Source: an uncultured Planctomycetota bacterium (lineage in GTDB: Bacteria; Planctomycetota; Planctomycetia; Isosphaerales; Isosphaeraceae). From it: a stretch of DNA of 64,000 nt. Under the pieces are notes generated by a model. It did not search any database, was not told the origin of the DNA, and was given only the letters and a program-made list of their open reading frames with translations. Where the stretch lies: contig CAWGMQ010000011.1 of assembly GCA_963823665.1 (NCBI GenBank), positions 672,001 to 736,000 of the forward strand, given 5' to 3'. Shown here piece after piece: positions 11,393 through 24,917 of this stretch (its first letter is position 1; each line of letters opens with the position of its first letter). Made by a program: the position numbers and the translations under genes.

Positions 11393-12372
11393 GCGCGTTT
11401 CGCGCCTCCTCGAATACGCGGGAGATCACCTCTTCCAGCGGCGGCTCCTCCACGCTCACGTCCGCGACCGAATGCCGGTCGAGAATCGCGGCCAGCACAC
11501 GCGGCACCTCGCTGCGAGTCACCTTGATATCGGCCCACGGGCCTTCCCGCCGCACCAGCTCTCCAAAGACCTCCAGGCCCTCGGGCGCCGGCCCCTCAAA
11601 CTGAAGCTTGATCAGCTTCGTCGCGCTGAACTGCTCAACGATTCGAGCCAGCGGCCCATCGTACACGAGCGTGCCGTGCGTGATCACCAGCACCCGGTCG
11701 CACAGCGCCTCGACATCGCGCATGTAATGACTCGTAAGGAGGGTTGTCACTCCGCGCCGCTTGTGGTAGTCGCGCAGGCAGCGCTGAATCGTCCCCTGGG
11801 CCACCACATCCAGGCCGATCGTGGGCTCGTCGAGCAACAACAGACGCGGCCGGTGCAGTAGGGCCGCGATCAACTCCATCTTCATCCGCTCGCCTAGCGA
11901 AAGCTCACGCACCGCCTGCCGGGTGAGTTTCTCCACGCCCAGAAGCTCCGTCAGCTCTCCGAGCGTCGACTTGAACTGGTCCGGCGGAATCACGTAGATC
12001 TCGCGCAGCAGCTCGAAGCTGTCCGCCGCCGGCAGGTCCCACCAGAGCTGGTTCTTCTGGCCCATGACCAGCGCAAACTGCCGCCGGAACAGATCAGCCC
12101 GCTGCCACGGAACAAACCCGAGAACCTTCGCCTCGCCGCCGCTGGGATACACCAGCCCCGAGAGCATCTTGAGCGTCGTCGTCTTTCCCGCCCCGTTGGG
12201 ACCCAGGAACGCGACCATCTCGCCTGGCTCGATCGTGAAGCTGATCCCGTCGACAGCCCGCACCTCGCGATACTCGCGCCGAAAAAGCCCCGAGAGCGAG
12301 CCCCGGAAACCCGCTTTCTTCTGCGCCACCCGGTATGTCTTGGTGAGCCTCACCGCTTCAATCATCGCCATC
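11379..12372 (-). CDS. ABC transporter ATP-binding protein
   Basis: GPNGAGKTT Walker A, LSLGERMK signature, LLLLDEPT Walker B, TSH switch; start approximate. Confidence 0.93.
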
Positions 12373-12428
12373 AGTATACATGCATCCTTATCTTCGCTGA
12401 TCCACCTGATTCGACAGTCCGCGATCAA

Positions 12429-12450
12429 GTAGGTCAGGCTTTAGCCTGAC
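12429..12450 (+). repeat. GTAG-type REP-like hairpin
   Basis: GTAG followed by GTCAGGCT-TT-AGCCTGAC palindrome; near-identical copy at 23345. Confidence 0.7.
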
Positions 12451-12456
12451 ATTTCA

Positions 12457-14394
12457 TTATTGCTTCTTGCCGGCATCGTGCACCCGGATGTAATGATCGG
12501 TCAGGTCCCTGTGTAGCAGGGGCATCGGCACCTTCGGCATGTGGCACTCGAGACACTTCGTGGTCGGATTGACTGGGCACACCACGGGCTTCTTGCCCAC
12601 GATCCGGTCTCCACCGCGCGGCGCGGCGGTGAGCTTCTGCTCCGGCCCCGGCTTCGCGCCATGGCAGCTCAAACATTTCGCCTCGAAGAACGACGCAGAC
12701 CCTTGGTCGTCACGATGCGCGTCGTGGCAGGTCATGCAGCTCATCGCGCCGTCGCTGTCAGTGAAGCAGCGGCTGAACGAAAGCGTAACCCCCGGTGATC
12801 GAGCGTATCTTGGGTCGTCAGGTGCCTTCTTGATCTCCGCCTCCGATCCGACAACATGGCAGTCGGCACACGCCTTTCCGATCGCTTGCGCACCCCCCGC
12901 CCCGGGGTTCACGATCGCGGTCTCCCCGAAGTTGCCCTTGATCGCCCTCACGTGGTTGCCGCCGGGGCCATGACATCGCTCGCAACCGATCCCTCGGTCG
13001 GCCGCTGCCCGACCGAGAGGCTCCGGCGCCGGGTCTCGGAAGTCACGATAAAACGTGACGTGGCAGTAAAGGCACCGAACAGCCCCGTCGCGCACGTGAA
13101 TCGGCTCGCCTCGCGTGTTCTTGCCGAGATTCGGCACGTCACCGGCCGTGGGTCCCCATGCAACGCCGTCCGCCGTGTGATACGACGAGAGTCTCAAAGC
13201 TCGATACGTTCGCTCGTCATCTCGGCCGATCATCGTCACATACTGGTCGCTCGTCCCGAAGGCATACTCGACTATCAATCGATAGATCTTGTCGCCGGCA
13301 TGCGTCTCGACCTTGATCTTGTCGTTCTCGCGAACGACCGTGTGCGTGACTTTGGGGTCGTCCGGATCGGCCAGGGGCACTTTGGGAATCGGCAGATCCA
13401 GGAGACCCTTGCCATGATGAAACGTCCGAGCATGCCGGCTCCGCTCGTGGCCGCTCGCTTCCTCGCGATGGCAAGCCACACAGCTCGCCTCGCCCACGTA
13501 CGGCGTCGGTTCCGGTTCAAGCATATGCTCGCTCCGGTACGAGCCTGCCCGCGAGAGTGCAGCCGTCGCCTCCTTCAGGTTCCCCTCCTGCAGCCAGGCG
13601 CGACTGAGCAGCCACTCCGCTTGCGCGTCCGCGCCGTCGCCGCCGGCGCTCGCGCGCAAGGGTTTGATCGCCTCTCTCGCCTCCACCGGCTTCCCAAGCT
13701 GCAACAGGCTGCGAGCAAGCTGCTTCCGATAGTGAGAAAGCGGCAGCGGCGCGCCCACCGCAGCCGGATCGCGCTCCAGTGCGGCCCGGAAAGCGTCGAC
13801 GCTTCCCCTGGGATCCTCGAGCACTGCCAGGATGTCGCCCAGCAACAACAATCCGCGCGCTTCCCAGCCGGACTTCTGCGACAGACGCCTGGCCGCGTCC
13901 GCCGCCTCATCCAATCGCTGCAGCCGAAGCGACAATCGCGCCAGATTGTCGAAAACCTCGGCCTCGTCGTCCCCTTTCCGCGCAGCTTCCACCCACAGCT
14001 CGAGCGCAGTCTCGAACCGGCCGGCCCGCGCGTTCAAGAGCCCCAGCAGAAAAAGATCCTCGGGCTCCATCTGCGAGATACCCAGCCGGCCCGCATAGAT
14101 GGATGCGGCCGCTGTGTCGTGGTTCATCCGCGCCGATGCCCGGGCATAAAGTCGCAGCGCGTCGGGATTGTCGGTTCGGGATTTCAGCATCGGTCGTGTC
14201 AAGTCGGCCGTTCGCTGCCAGTCGTTCGCCCGGTATGCCGCCTCGGCCTCGGCGAGAACGGTCGACTCCGTTGTCACCCAATCCGCGACCCACCGTCGCA
14301 CCGGACCACCCCACGCCACCCAGATCACACCGAGCGCGGCTCCAATGGCCAGAACCAGGATCACCCAGCCGGCGCGGCCGCCCGATCGTTTCAT
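12457..14394 (-). CDS. Membrane-anchored TPR protein with multiheme cytochrome c domain (7 CxxCH)
   Basis: N-terminal TM, TPR-like helices, CVACH, CLYCH, CERCH, CADCH, CMTCH, CLSCH, CLECH, terminal TDHYI. Confidence 0.88.
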   Translation of the reverse strand: MKRSGGRAGWVILVLAIGAALGVIWVAWGGPVRRWVADWVTTESTVLAEAEAAYRANDWQRTADLTRPMLKSRTDNPDALRLYARASARMNHDTAAASIYAGRLGISQMEPEDLFLLGLLNARAGRFETALELWVEAARKGDDEAEVFDNLARLSLRLQRLDEAADAARRLSQKSGWEARGLLLLGDILAVLEDPRGSVDAFRAALERDPAAVGAPLPLSHYRKQLARSLLQLGKPVEAREAIKPLRASAGGDGADAQAEWLLSRAWLQEGNLKEATAALSRAGSYRSEHMLEPEPTPYVGEASCVACHREEASGHERSRHARTFHHGKGLLDLPIPKVPLADPDDPKVTHTVVRENDKIKVETHAGDKIYRLIVEYAFGTSDQYVTMIGRDDERTYRALRLSSYHTADGVAWGPTAGDVPNLGKNTRGEPIHVRDGAVRCLYCHVTFYRDFRDPAPEPLGRAAADRGIGCERCHGPGGNHVRAIKGNFGETAIVNPGAGGAQAIGKACADCHVVGSEAEIKKAPDDPRYARSPGVTLSFSRCFTDSDGAMSCMTCHDAHRDDQGSASFFEAKCLSCHGAKPGPEQKLTAAPRGGDRIVGKKPVVCPVNPTTKCLECHMPKVPMPLLHRDLTDHYIRVHDAGKKQ

Positions 14395-14429
14395 TCCGCC
14401 GCTCTGCCTCTCCGAGAGTTGCAACACAC

Positions 14430-16352
14430 TCAAATATCGATGTCCTTGGCAGTATACGCTTCCTCCATGATGAACTTGAAGCGCGCCTCGGGATCCTTGC
14501 CCATCAAATCGCTGACCGTGCGGTCCGTGTAAGGGCGATCGTCATCGGGGATGATCACCCGTAGCAGGCGCCGCCGCGCCGGGTCGAGCGTCGTTTCAAA
14601 AAGGAGCTGCGCCGGCATCTCGCCCAGCCCCTTGAACCTCGTGATGTTCGGCTTGGCGTTCGACGGCAGCTTCGCAAGCACCCGGTCCCTCGCCTGATCG
14701 TCCGATGCCCAGTGCGTCTCCTTGCCCCAACTGATCTTGTACAGCGGCGGGCATGCCAGGAAGACCCTGCCATCTGTAAAAAGCCCAGGCACATGCCGAT
14801 AAAAGAACGTGAGCAACAGCGTCGCGATGTGGTGGCCGTCGCTGTCGGCGTCGGTCAGAAGGATGATCTTGCCGTAGCGCAGCCGGCCGGGTTCGTACTG
14901 GTCGTCCATGCCGCACCCGATCGCGCTGATGATGTCCGTGAGCTCCTTGTTGTCGAGGACCTTCGCCTTGCCCGCCTGCTCGGCGTTCAATACCTTCCCC
15001 TTGAGCGGCAGAATCGCCTGGATGTCGCGGTCGCGCCCCTGCTTGGCCGAGCCGCCCGCCGAATCGCCCTCGACGATGAACAGCTCCGACTCATCCGGGT
15101 TGGTGCTGTCACAATCGTGCAGCTTGCCCGGAAGGTTCAGCCGCCCGCTGATCGCGGTCTTCCGCCGCACCTGCGAAGCAGCCGCCCGGCTCGCCTCCCG
15201 CGCCTTCGCGGATTGAATCACCCGGGCCGCGATCGCGTCACCCACACTCTTGTTCTTGAGCAGAAAATTCTCAAGTGCCGGCCGGGTCATCGACTCCACC
15301 TGCGCCTTGATCTCCGGGTTGTTCAGCCTTCCCTTGGTCTGCCCCTGGAACTGGGGCTCGTGCATGCACACCGCCAGCACCGCCGTCAGCCCCTCGCGGA
15401 TGTCCTCCCGCTTGATCTCCATTCCCTTCTTCACCAGGTCGTGCGTCTCCATGAAGCGCTGCACCGCCGTGCCCACCGCCGCCAGCATCCCCAGCTCATG
15501 CGTGCCGCCGTCTCGTGTCGGAATCGTATTCACGAATGATCGTACGTCTTCATCAGTCGCCTCGGTCCAGGTGAGCGCGAGGTAGCACCGCAGCCCGTTC
15601 TCCTCATCTTCCCGCTCGAGCACAAACGGCAGCGGAGCCACCCGCTGGTCGTTGCGCCCGCGATTGATCGCATCCAGAAAATCAACCACGCCGCCGTCAT
15701 GCCGGAACTCGACGTTCGTCCTGTTTTTCTGATCGACGAACTGGATCACCAGCCCCTTGTTCAGATAGCTCTTCACTTCCAGCCGTTCCGCGATCAGCAC
15801 CGGGTCATAAGTGTGGTCCGGGAAGATGTCGGGGTCCGGTGTGTAAGTCACCGTCGTTCCCGAGCCCCGCGACGCCTCACCCTTCTCGACCGGCCCCGCC
15901 GGCTTCCCGCGCCGATACTTCTGCGTGTACGTCTGCCCGTCCCGGCGCACCTCCGCAACCAGACTCTTCGACAGCGCGTTGACCACACTCGCACCAACTC
16001 CGTGCAGACCGCCGGCCACCTTGTAAGCATCGTTGTCAAACTTCCCGCCCGCGTGCAGCGTCGTGAAGATCACCTCGAGCGCGCTCTTCCCCGTCTTGGG
16101 GTGCGTATCCACCGGAATGCCCCGCCCGTTGTCCGAGACCGACATCGTCTTGCCGTCGGACTGGAGCGTCACCACGATCCGCGTCGCGTGGCCGTTCATC
16201 ACCTCGTCGACTGCGTTGTCGACGATCTCCCACAGCAGGTGATGAAAACCGGTCTTGTCGACCCCCCCGATATACATCCCGGGGCGTCGCCTGACCGCCT
16301 CGAGACCTTCAAGAACCGTGATCGACTTGGCTGTGTAAGATCCGGTAGACAT
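14430..16352 (-). CDS. parE: Type IIA DNA topoisomerase subunit B (ParE/GyrB family)
   Basis: GLEAVRRRPGMYIG, EIVDNAVDE, GGLHGVG, EGDSA, PLKGK, TDADSDG, RFKGLGEM; parE versus gyrB is inferred from the partner subunit. Confidence 0.85.
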   Translation of the reverse strand: MSTGSYTAKSITVLEGLEAVRRRPGMYIGGVDKTGFHHLLWEIVDNAVDEVMNGHATRIVVTLQSDGKTMSVSDNGRGIPVDTHPKTGKSALEVIFTTLHAGGKFDNDAYKVAGGLHGVGASVVNALSKSLVAEVRRDGQTYTQKYRRGKPAGPVEKGEASRGSGTTVTYTPDPDIFPDHTYDPVLIAERLEVKSYLNKGLVIQFVDQKNRTNVEFRHDGGVVDFLDAINRGRNDQRVAPLPFVLEREDEENGLRCYLALTWTEATDEDVRSFVNTIPTRDGGTHELGMLAAVGTAVQRFMETHDLVKKGMEIKREDIREGLTAVLAVCMHEPQFQGQTKGRLNNPEIKAQVESMTRPALENFLLKNKSVGDAIAARVIQSAKAREASRAAASQVRRKTAISGRLNLPGKLHDCDSTNPDESELFIVEGDSAGGSAKQGRDRDIQAILPLKGKVLNAEQAGKAKVLDNKELTDIISAIGCGMDDQYEPGRLRYGKIILLTDADSDGHHIATLLLTFFYRHVPGLFTDGRVFLACPPLYKISWGKETHWASDDQARDRVLAKLPSNAKPNITRFKGLGEMPAQLLFETTLDPARRRLLRVIIPDDDRPYTDRTVSDLMGKDPEARFKFIMEEAYTAKDIDI

Positions 16353-16389
16353 GGTCTTTTCCGTGACAAAATTGGTCTGCAATCAGAAT

Positions 16390-16767
16390 TCAAGATGAAA
16401 CAGAGGCTGGATGCGATTCTGGGGTCACGAGCGCCGGGATCTCGCTCCTCCGGCCAAGGATCCAGCCCGGAGCAAGATACTGAAGCCCATCGCCCTCAAG
16501 GGCCACTGATCCGGTCGCGCCTTGCCCCAACATTTTCAGAGACCTTTCGTAGGCGTGGATGCACACGACACGAATCGCAGCGGGCTTTTCCACTTCGCGG
16601 ACCGAGTCGTCTCCCAGCTCATCCGGCCAGCGTCGATGCTTATGGCGGTAGATGGCATCAAACATGTCGCCGACATGGATCGGAACTCCACCACATCGGC
16701 CGAGCGCGGTGAATTGTACGCCGTGGACGACCCCGACGACGATGAATTGCAGTTCATTTTTGATCAT
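16390..16767 (-). CDS. Hypothetical 125-aa protein resembling an isolated EF-Tu domain II beta-barrel; candidate immunity/antitoxin
   Basis: GRCGGVPIHVGD...VVCIHAYERSL..LGQGATGSVALEG....LAPGWIL parallels EF-Tu domain II spacing; ATG overlaps upstream stop (ATGA). Confidence 0.6.
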   Translation of the reverse strand: MIKNELQFIVVGVVHGVQFTALGRCGGVPIHVGDMFDAIYRHKHRRWPDELGDDSVREVEKPAAIRVVCIHAYERSLKMLGQGATGSVALEGDGLQYLAPGWILGRRSEIPALVTPESHPASVSS

Positions 16768-17225
16768 GACGTGCTCTCGAACATGCGAGTGTCGAAGAGT
16801 CTGATCTGTTCTACGCTCAAACGAAGTCCGGCGGCGTGAGATTCCCTGATCTCAATCTGAAGAGCGTCTTATCCAGCCAACCGAACGGAGATGTCTCGAA
16901 TCCCCGGTTCATGCAAGATTTCAATCGATCTCTCCACATCCAACTCGATCTCTGCCACCCTGGCGAATTCCGCTGGCCCAATCTGCAAGTCGACGGCAGC
17001 TTCAATCACTGAAAAATAATTCTGGGAATCGTGCAGCTCCCTGAATAATTCCCTTCGAGCCGCCAAGATCACCGCCCGACCGTGATTGCGACACTCGATG
17101 GCGAAGAAGGTGGCTACGAGTGGGTCGGTACTAGTGCATGTTATATTCTCGTCCTGTAACATCTTGCTGCCGGCCCAACCTACCGTCGTCCCTCGATACA
17201 AGTACCCCGGATTCGCCATCTCCAA
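16764..17225 (-). pseudogene. ADP-ribosyltransferase-like toxin domain with in-frame TAA at 16869-16871
   Basis: YLYRG, TSTDPLVATFFA, IEAAV; same frame continues 34 codons past TAA to TGA 16764-16766 overlapping the next ATG. Confidence 0.55.
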
Positions 17226-17376
17226 GCTCCAGATGCCTATTATAACTATATTGCCGATTCTGAATGCCGTCGTCTGTCGACGGACTGAGCTTGATATTCA
17301 TATTAGAATGATCGATAAATTAATAATAGTTTAGAATAAAATGCGTCTGTAAAAATGCAATCCCGGTCATCGCATA

Positions 17377-19935
<2,559 letters not shown>

Positions 19936-21179
19936 CTCTGCTCTCTTTCACCCCGCGCAGCCCGCATGATCGAACTATCCGCTAGAACACACAAAACCCG
20001 GAAATCTGGCAGCCTACAATGCCAGTTTCCAAAGATACTATATCTGCGTATACGGTAAACGCATCGGTGCCATCCTGCAATTGGGTTTTCGATAGGAGTA
20101 CCGCTCTTGATCTCGCGGCGAGTGGATCTCACTGGGTGAAGTCCACGTTCCGATCACCAGCCACCCACATCCTGCCTCGGCCGATCATACTCTTACTTTT
20201 AATCTTAATCTTAATCTTAATCGTGATCCGACTCCCGCCCTCCCCCTCTTCAACGGCCCACCCCGACCGACCACTTCGTTTTGTACATTCGTCGCGCGTC
20301 CTTACACCACAAGGATTACGGGAATCGCACCCGGCCGTGGCGGCCATGACGATCTGCGCTCCGTCGACGACCCTTGTCCCAAGCTGTGGCTCCTGAAATC
20401 CAATTTCAACTGCGACGCTCCTGCATTCCGCGCTCCGGCTCGCGAGACGTGTTCCGCACGTTCCAGATAAGCAGAAGTGGATGGGACAAAATGGGACGAA
20501 ATGGGACTCCTGAGCCCAAAAAAGTCCCATAATGCTCGCAGACCTGAGCCCCGTTCGGTGGCCAGCCTGAGCACCCTGACGTAGCACGTAAATACTGAGA
20601 GAAACAGAGGTTAACGCCACCAGTCCCGCTCCATGATTTCTCCGCCCAACGGCTGAAAACTCACCCTCTCGATTGTCCAGACCGGTCCCACGCGCGGCAC
20701 CACCCAGAATTCGGCGGGATTTCCTCGCGCACCGATCCCCTTTTTCGAGCGCAGTCCGGCCGCATTTTTCCGACCGCGCAGGCGTGGTCTGCTCGCGCTG
20801 AGATCCTCGAGCACGCGCTCGAGCAAACGAAGCAGTCATTCCCGGTTCCAGAGACATGGTTGGTGCCTCGCGCCGACTCCGGTGTCGGCGATCGAGACTC
20901 AGCTATGTATATTATGGGCCCACTTTCGCGATTCGGCCATTTCTTCGACCAGAAAACCTGGGATTTTCATCCGGCTTGCAACGGATGTAGCGACGAACTC
21001 GATCGAGACCCCCGGTTTGCGCGATGCGGCCAAAAAGTCGGCAAAAAACGCCTCACGCGATTCCCGAATCCAGATGGTCGGCTAGGTCTGTCCGGTTAAT
21101 TCTCGATCACCCCGCGCCGGCGCTCAAACTCCTGCCTCGCCATTTCCCGTTGCCGCCGCCGTCTCTCCCGCTTGGAAGC

Positions 21180-23293
21180 CTACTCCGGCACCCGAGGCGG
21201 CACATCACAACCCTCTTCGGACAAAGTTGGGGGAGGACCATCATCCGCGACCTCCTCCTGACAGCCGGCTTGACCCCCTTCCAGTTGCCCGGCCTCCCCA
21301 GCCGCGATCGGCGTGTCGCCCAATGTTTCACCTGGTTCGCCATCCAGGATTTCGTTTTGTATTTTCGTCGCGGTCCCTTGTCCTGTAAGGGTTAAGGGAA
21401 CGAAATCGCTCCGCTCGCGTTGTCCCAAATCCGCGGCCCCATCCCCGATTTCCGCCCCGGCCGCGGCGCCCTCCCAAGTTCGGCGCGGGTTTCGGGCACC
21501 CGAAGGGTCGCCGCCGTCCGTTGGACCGCAGGTCTCCTCTTTCCCCTCGCCGTCCCCACTCTCAGTTCGGCGCGGGTTCTGACCCCTCCGTCCGCGCGAC
21601 CGTAGGTCTCCTCTTGCCCCCAGCCGTCTGCACAAGCGCAGGTCCCGCCATCGTCCTCCCCAGTTCGCCCTGCCTCACGCGCACCCGACGCATCACCGCC
21701 GACCACGCCATCACCCGCCTCCTCCAGCACCCCATCGTCATCCATCCCCAGTCCGTCGATTTCGTTTTGTATATTCGTCGCGGGCCCATGTCCCGTAAGG
21801 ATTACGGGAACGAAATCGCTCACCCCAGCCTGCCCCGAATCCGCGGCCCCATCCCGCATTTCCGCCGCGGAGTCGGCGTCCTGATTCACCGCAACATCAT
21901 CGGCAACCGCATCCGGCCGGCGAGTCCCCGGCGCTCCCTGAGCATTGCCATTCCGCGCGGCCGTCTCGCACGCCCCATCGGTGATCGCTTCCGTTTGGCC
22001 CTGGATCTGCGAGTGTGCAGGCTTCGCGCTCACGTCATTCGGCGTGCCACCCGCATAGCTCCCGCCGCCAGCGCCAGGCGCACGGTAATACGGATCCTCA
22101 CAAGGTTGGGGCCCGCGCTCCGCCTTCCAGCGAGCCAGCCCCGCCTCGAGGTCGCCTTCATATCCCCAGGCATCGCGAACGGTCCCATGCTGGTCGAGCA
22201 CAAACCGCTGATCGAGCGGACGCCCGCGTCGCGCTTCCTCCTTTCTCCGTTCTCGATCCCGGCGAACCTTGTACCACCCTTCCTCTTCCCAGCGGTGCCA
22301 TCTCTTGATGGTGTCGAGGTTCCGAATCGCCAGCCGGTTCGAGCTCTCCAGATGGCGCTGAACCTGCGCGATGTGCTTCGCCTCCGCATCGCTCACCACG
22401 TTGGACCCGGTCAGCTCGAGAATCTCGTCGCCCTCCGCGTACTCGGCGTCGAGCTTCCACAGCCGCTCAATCGCCTGGTCAATGATCGCAAGCAGCACGT
22501 CCCGTGCGGCCGCCGCATTCGGCGGCGTGATCGCGCGTCGCTCCTTGCGCGAAAGCTGGCTCTCATGACGCTTGACGCGATCATAGTGGATCTCGCACCG
22601 AAGCTCATGGAAGGCCGACGGCAAGTCCCGCCGGATGGCGTAGCTCGCGAGGAACAGCCGGGCGACCTCTGAATCCCAAAGCGCATCAAGCGGCTGCTTG
22701 CCCAGCAACCGGATAGCTTTGAATTTCTCGCACGACACCCACCCCTCTCCCGAATCGATCGGCTCCCGCACTTCGCCCAGCCGCTCTCGCAGCCATTGCC
22801 GCCCGGCGCGAGTCGCCTCGAGCTGGCGGACCAAAATGACCGGCTTATCAGGGTCACCGGGCTCCCCCGACGACGAGTTTCGGGGCTCCTTGTGCTCATA
22901 GTCCCGCGACGGATAGAGTTGCGACGGCCCCCTGCGGTCAAAGAGCAAGCGGTCCCCGAGCGCCTCCGCGTCCGTTGTCTCGCGCACCGCCTCCGCCCGC
23001 GATCGCGCCACCATGGCGCCCGTCATGCGATTAACTTCGAGACGATTCGCCCGCATGGCCCGCCAGTAAGCCATCGCCGCCAGCGTGGCCAGATCCCCCT
23101 CGGCTTCAGTTCGAGTCTGCTGACCCGTTTTATACGCGTCGATCTTCGCCTGAAGCTCCGCCGGATCTTCACCAGGCAAGACCGGCGTCTTCGCCGTGAG
23201 CCCATGTTTAATCGCATTGTAGCGTGAGACATTGTAGCTCGAAGCCCGCTGATCATTCATTCCAGCAACCGCCGCACCCTGTTGCACACCCAT
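21180..23293 (-). CDS. Planctomycete-type hypothetical protein (NAIKHGLTA N-terminal motif), low-complexity repeated tail with probable frameshift
   Basis: 633-aa ORF 21392..23293; duplicated peptide SDFVP..LTG.G.AT.IQNEI recurs in ORF 21180..21635 in another frame. Confidence 0.65.
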
Positions 23294-23344
23294 CGCATCA
23301 CCTTGACCCTGTCTGTCGCGTGAAAGCCTGAAAGCTTCGCCAAA

Positions 23345-23366
23345 GTAGGTCAGGCTTCAGCCTGAC
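23345..23366 (+). repeat. GTAG-type REP-like hairpin
   Basis: GTAGGTCAGGCTTCAGCCTGAC, one mismatch from the 12429 copy. Confidence 0.7.
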
Positions 23367-24003
23367 GATTACACTGAACTCCATCGCGCGGAATCCCTAC
23401 CATCCCGACCGCGCTGGGACGACGACCCGACCTACCTGACGCTCCGGCACGAACACCCGCACCGAACAAAGCGCCATCCCGGATCATCCATCACGACGCC
23501 ACAGTATAGGTTGAGATTCCCATGTGAACAAAAAAATCCGGTTCCTAAAACTGCGGTTCCCAAGGAACCCGCATCGATTATGACGATTGGACAACGATCA
23601 GATGCGCCCGATTCGCAATCTCAAGGCATTGCCGCACAAGGCAAGACTCGCCGCGCTATGCTTATCCGGCATAATCCGGCCAACCAGGCCACGCTCGGTA
23701 GGGGTCGGAACGATCGATGGGTTTCGCCCCTCCTCCGATCCGTGTGGACGGGCGGTAATCCCGTATACGGCGCAACAGTCGGTAGCTTTCCCGCGAATAG
23801 GATTGATGGGGCCACCTCGCAGGCTGCTCATTGTCGCCCCTCGCTCCCGCAAAGGGTCATCCCCGTTCCCTGGTTTATCGCGCACGACGACGGCTGCGAG
23901 GACGGCCCACATTGACGACATCGCACAATCCCAGTGAATGAGAACTTCGCGTATCGATCGACTCACCCGCGCCGATTCACGCTCGCTCACGAGCTGGAGA
24001 ATT

Positions 24004-24093
24004 CCAGACACCCAACCAATTGTCACGGTTCCCCGCATCCATTCATTCGCGGCACGCAAGTTCGGTGCAAAACCATGGCCTCTGGTCAAGTCG
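24004..24093 (+). mobile_element. MITE/REPIN-like element copy A (left two-thirds)
   Basis: CCAGACACCCA left end plus CATTCATTCGCGGCACGCAAGTTCGG core; stops at a different hairpin repeat. Confidence 0.8.
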
Positions 24094-24096
24094 CAT

Positions 24097-24146
24097 GGAG
24101 ACCTTCGGTCTGGCGGAGGGCGGGGTCGTGAGACCCGCGCCCAACA
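24097..24146 (+). repeat. REP-like hairpin repeat replacing the right end of copy A
   Basis: GAGACC-TTC-GGTCT and GCGGGGTC-GTGA-GACCCGC stem-loops. Confidence 0.5.
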
Positions 24147-24276
24147 ACCCGCCAATCGAAGATTGACCATTCCCTAGGATACTTCTGCGGCCATCCTCCA
24201 CGGGTAATCCGGCGGCCGAGCCGGTGCTTTGAACCGACCTATTCGATGGCCGAGGCCGGTTCATTTGTCGCCCGGC

Positions 24277-24630
24277 TTAGCGATACTCATGGAACGGCAC
24301 GCCGAGCACGAATCGAGTTCCCGCGGTGATTGGGGCAGCGCCGTGCTTGACCGACTGCAATCCTACGAAGCCACCGGTGCGAACGAGACGGTCGCGAGTG
24401 CAGAACAGCACCGCGTCGCCCAAGCCCAGCACGACTTCCCGGCGGAGCGACTTTCTCCGTTCGGGAACATCGCAGAACAGGAACTCGCCTCCCTGGAAGC
24501 CTTCGGTCTCCGCGTCGTCTGGGTCAGTACGCGGGCTCAGCACCACAGCCAGTTGGATCGGGAAAAACAAGGCGCCACGCAAATCGCGGTGCAGAGCATT
24601 GAATCCGCCAGGGCCGTACTTAAGCAGAGG
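24277..24630 (-). pseudogene. 2OG-Fe(II) oxygenase, C-terminal half only
   Basis: LLKYGPGGFNALHRDL (HxD), FQGGEF, KHG, R-x-x-LGVPFH; 5' part replaced by repeat element B. Confidence 0.8.
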
Positions 24631-24805
24631 AGATCCCAGACACCCATCCTTTTGAGATCCCAGACACCCATCCTTTTGTGACGGTCCCCCGCGTTCCATT
24701 CATTCGCGGCTCGCACGTTCGGCGCACAACCACGGTCTCTGGTCATTTCCAGCACGCATCAGGCGAGTGTCCGACGCTCCGCAGACGGTGGGTGTCTGGC
24801 ATCCC
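24630..24805 (+). mobile_element. MITE/REPIN-like element copy B with 24-bp tandem duplication of the left end
   Basis: GAGATCCCAGACACCCATCCTTTT twice (24630-24653, 24654-24677); right end GGTGGGTGTCTGGCATCCC. Confidence 0.85.
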
Positions 24806-24917
24806 AATTCTCGGGCTCAGTCCTCATCCCGTCAGACGATTGACGAGGGCCAGCCCGTCTGCGACAATCGTCGTAGCGATGGCAATCGCCGGACGGACGG
24901 CATCTCAGGAGGTTCCG

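Noticed and set aside
12856..14532. 558-aa plus-strand ORF
   Set aside because: Antisense shadow of the multiheme cytochrome gene
20129..20857. 242-aa ORF with IKIKIKIK
   Set aside because: Arises from a TTAATC microsatellite in probable intergenic DNA; not protein-like
23511..23940. Several overlapping short ORFs
   Set aside because: No recognisable motif or RBS in any frame
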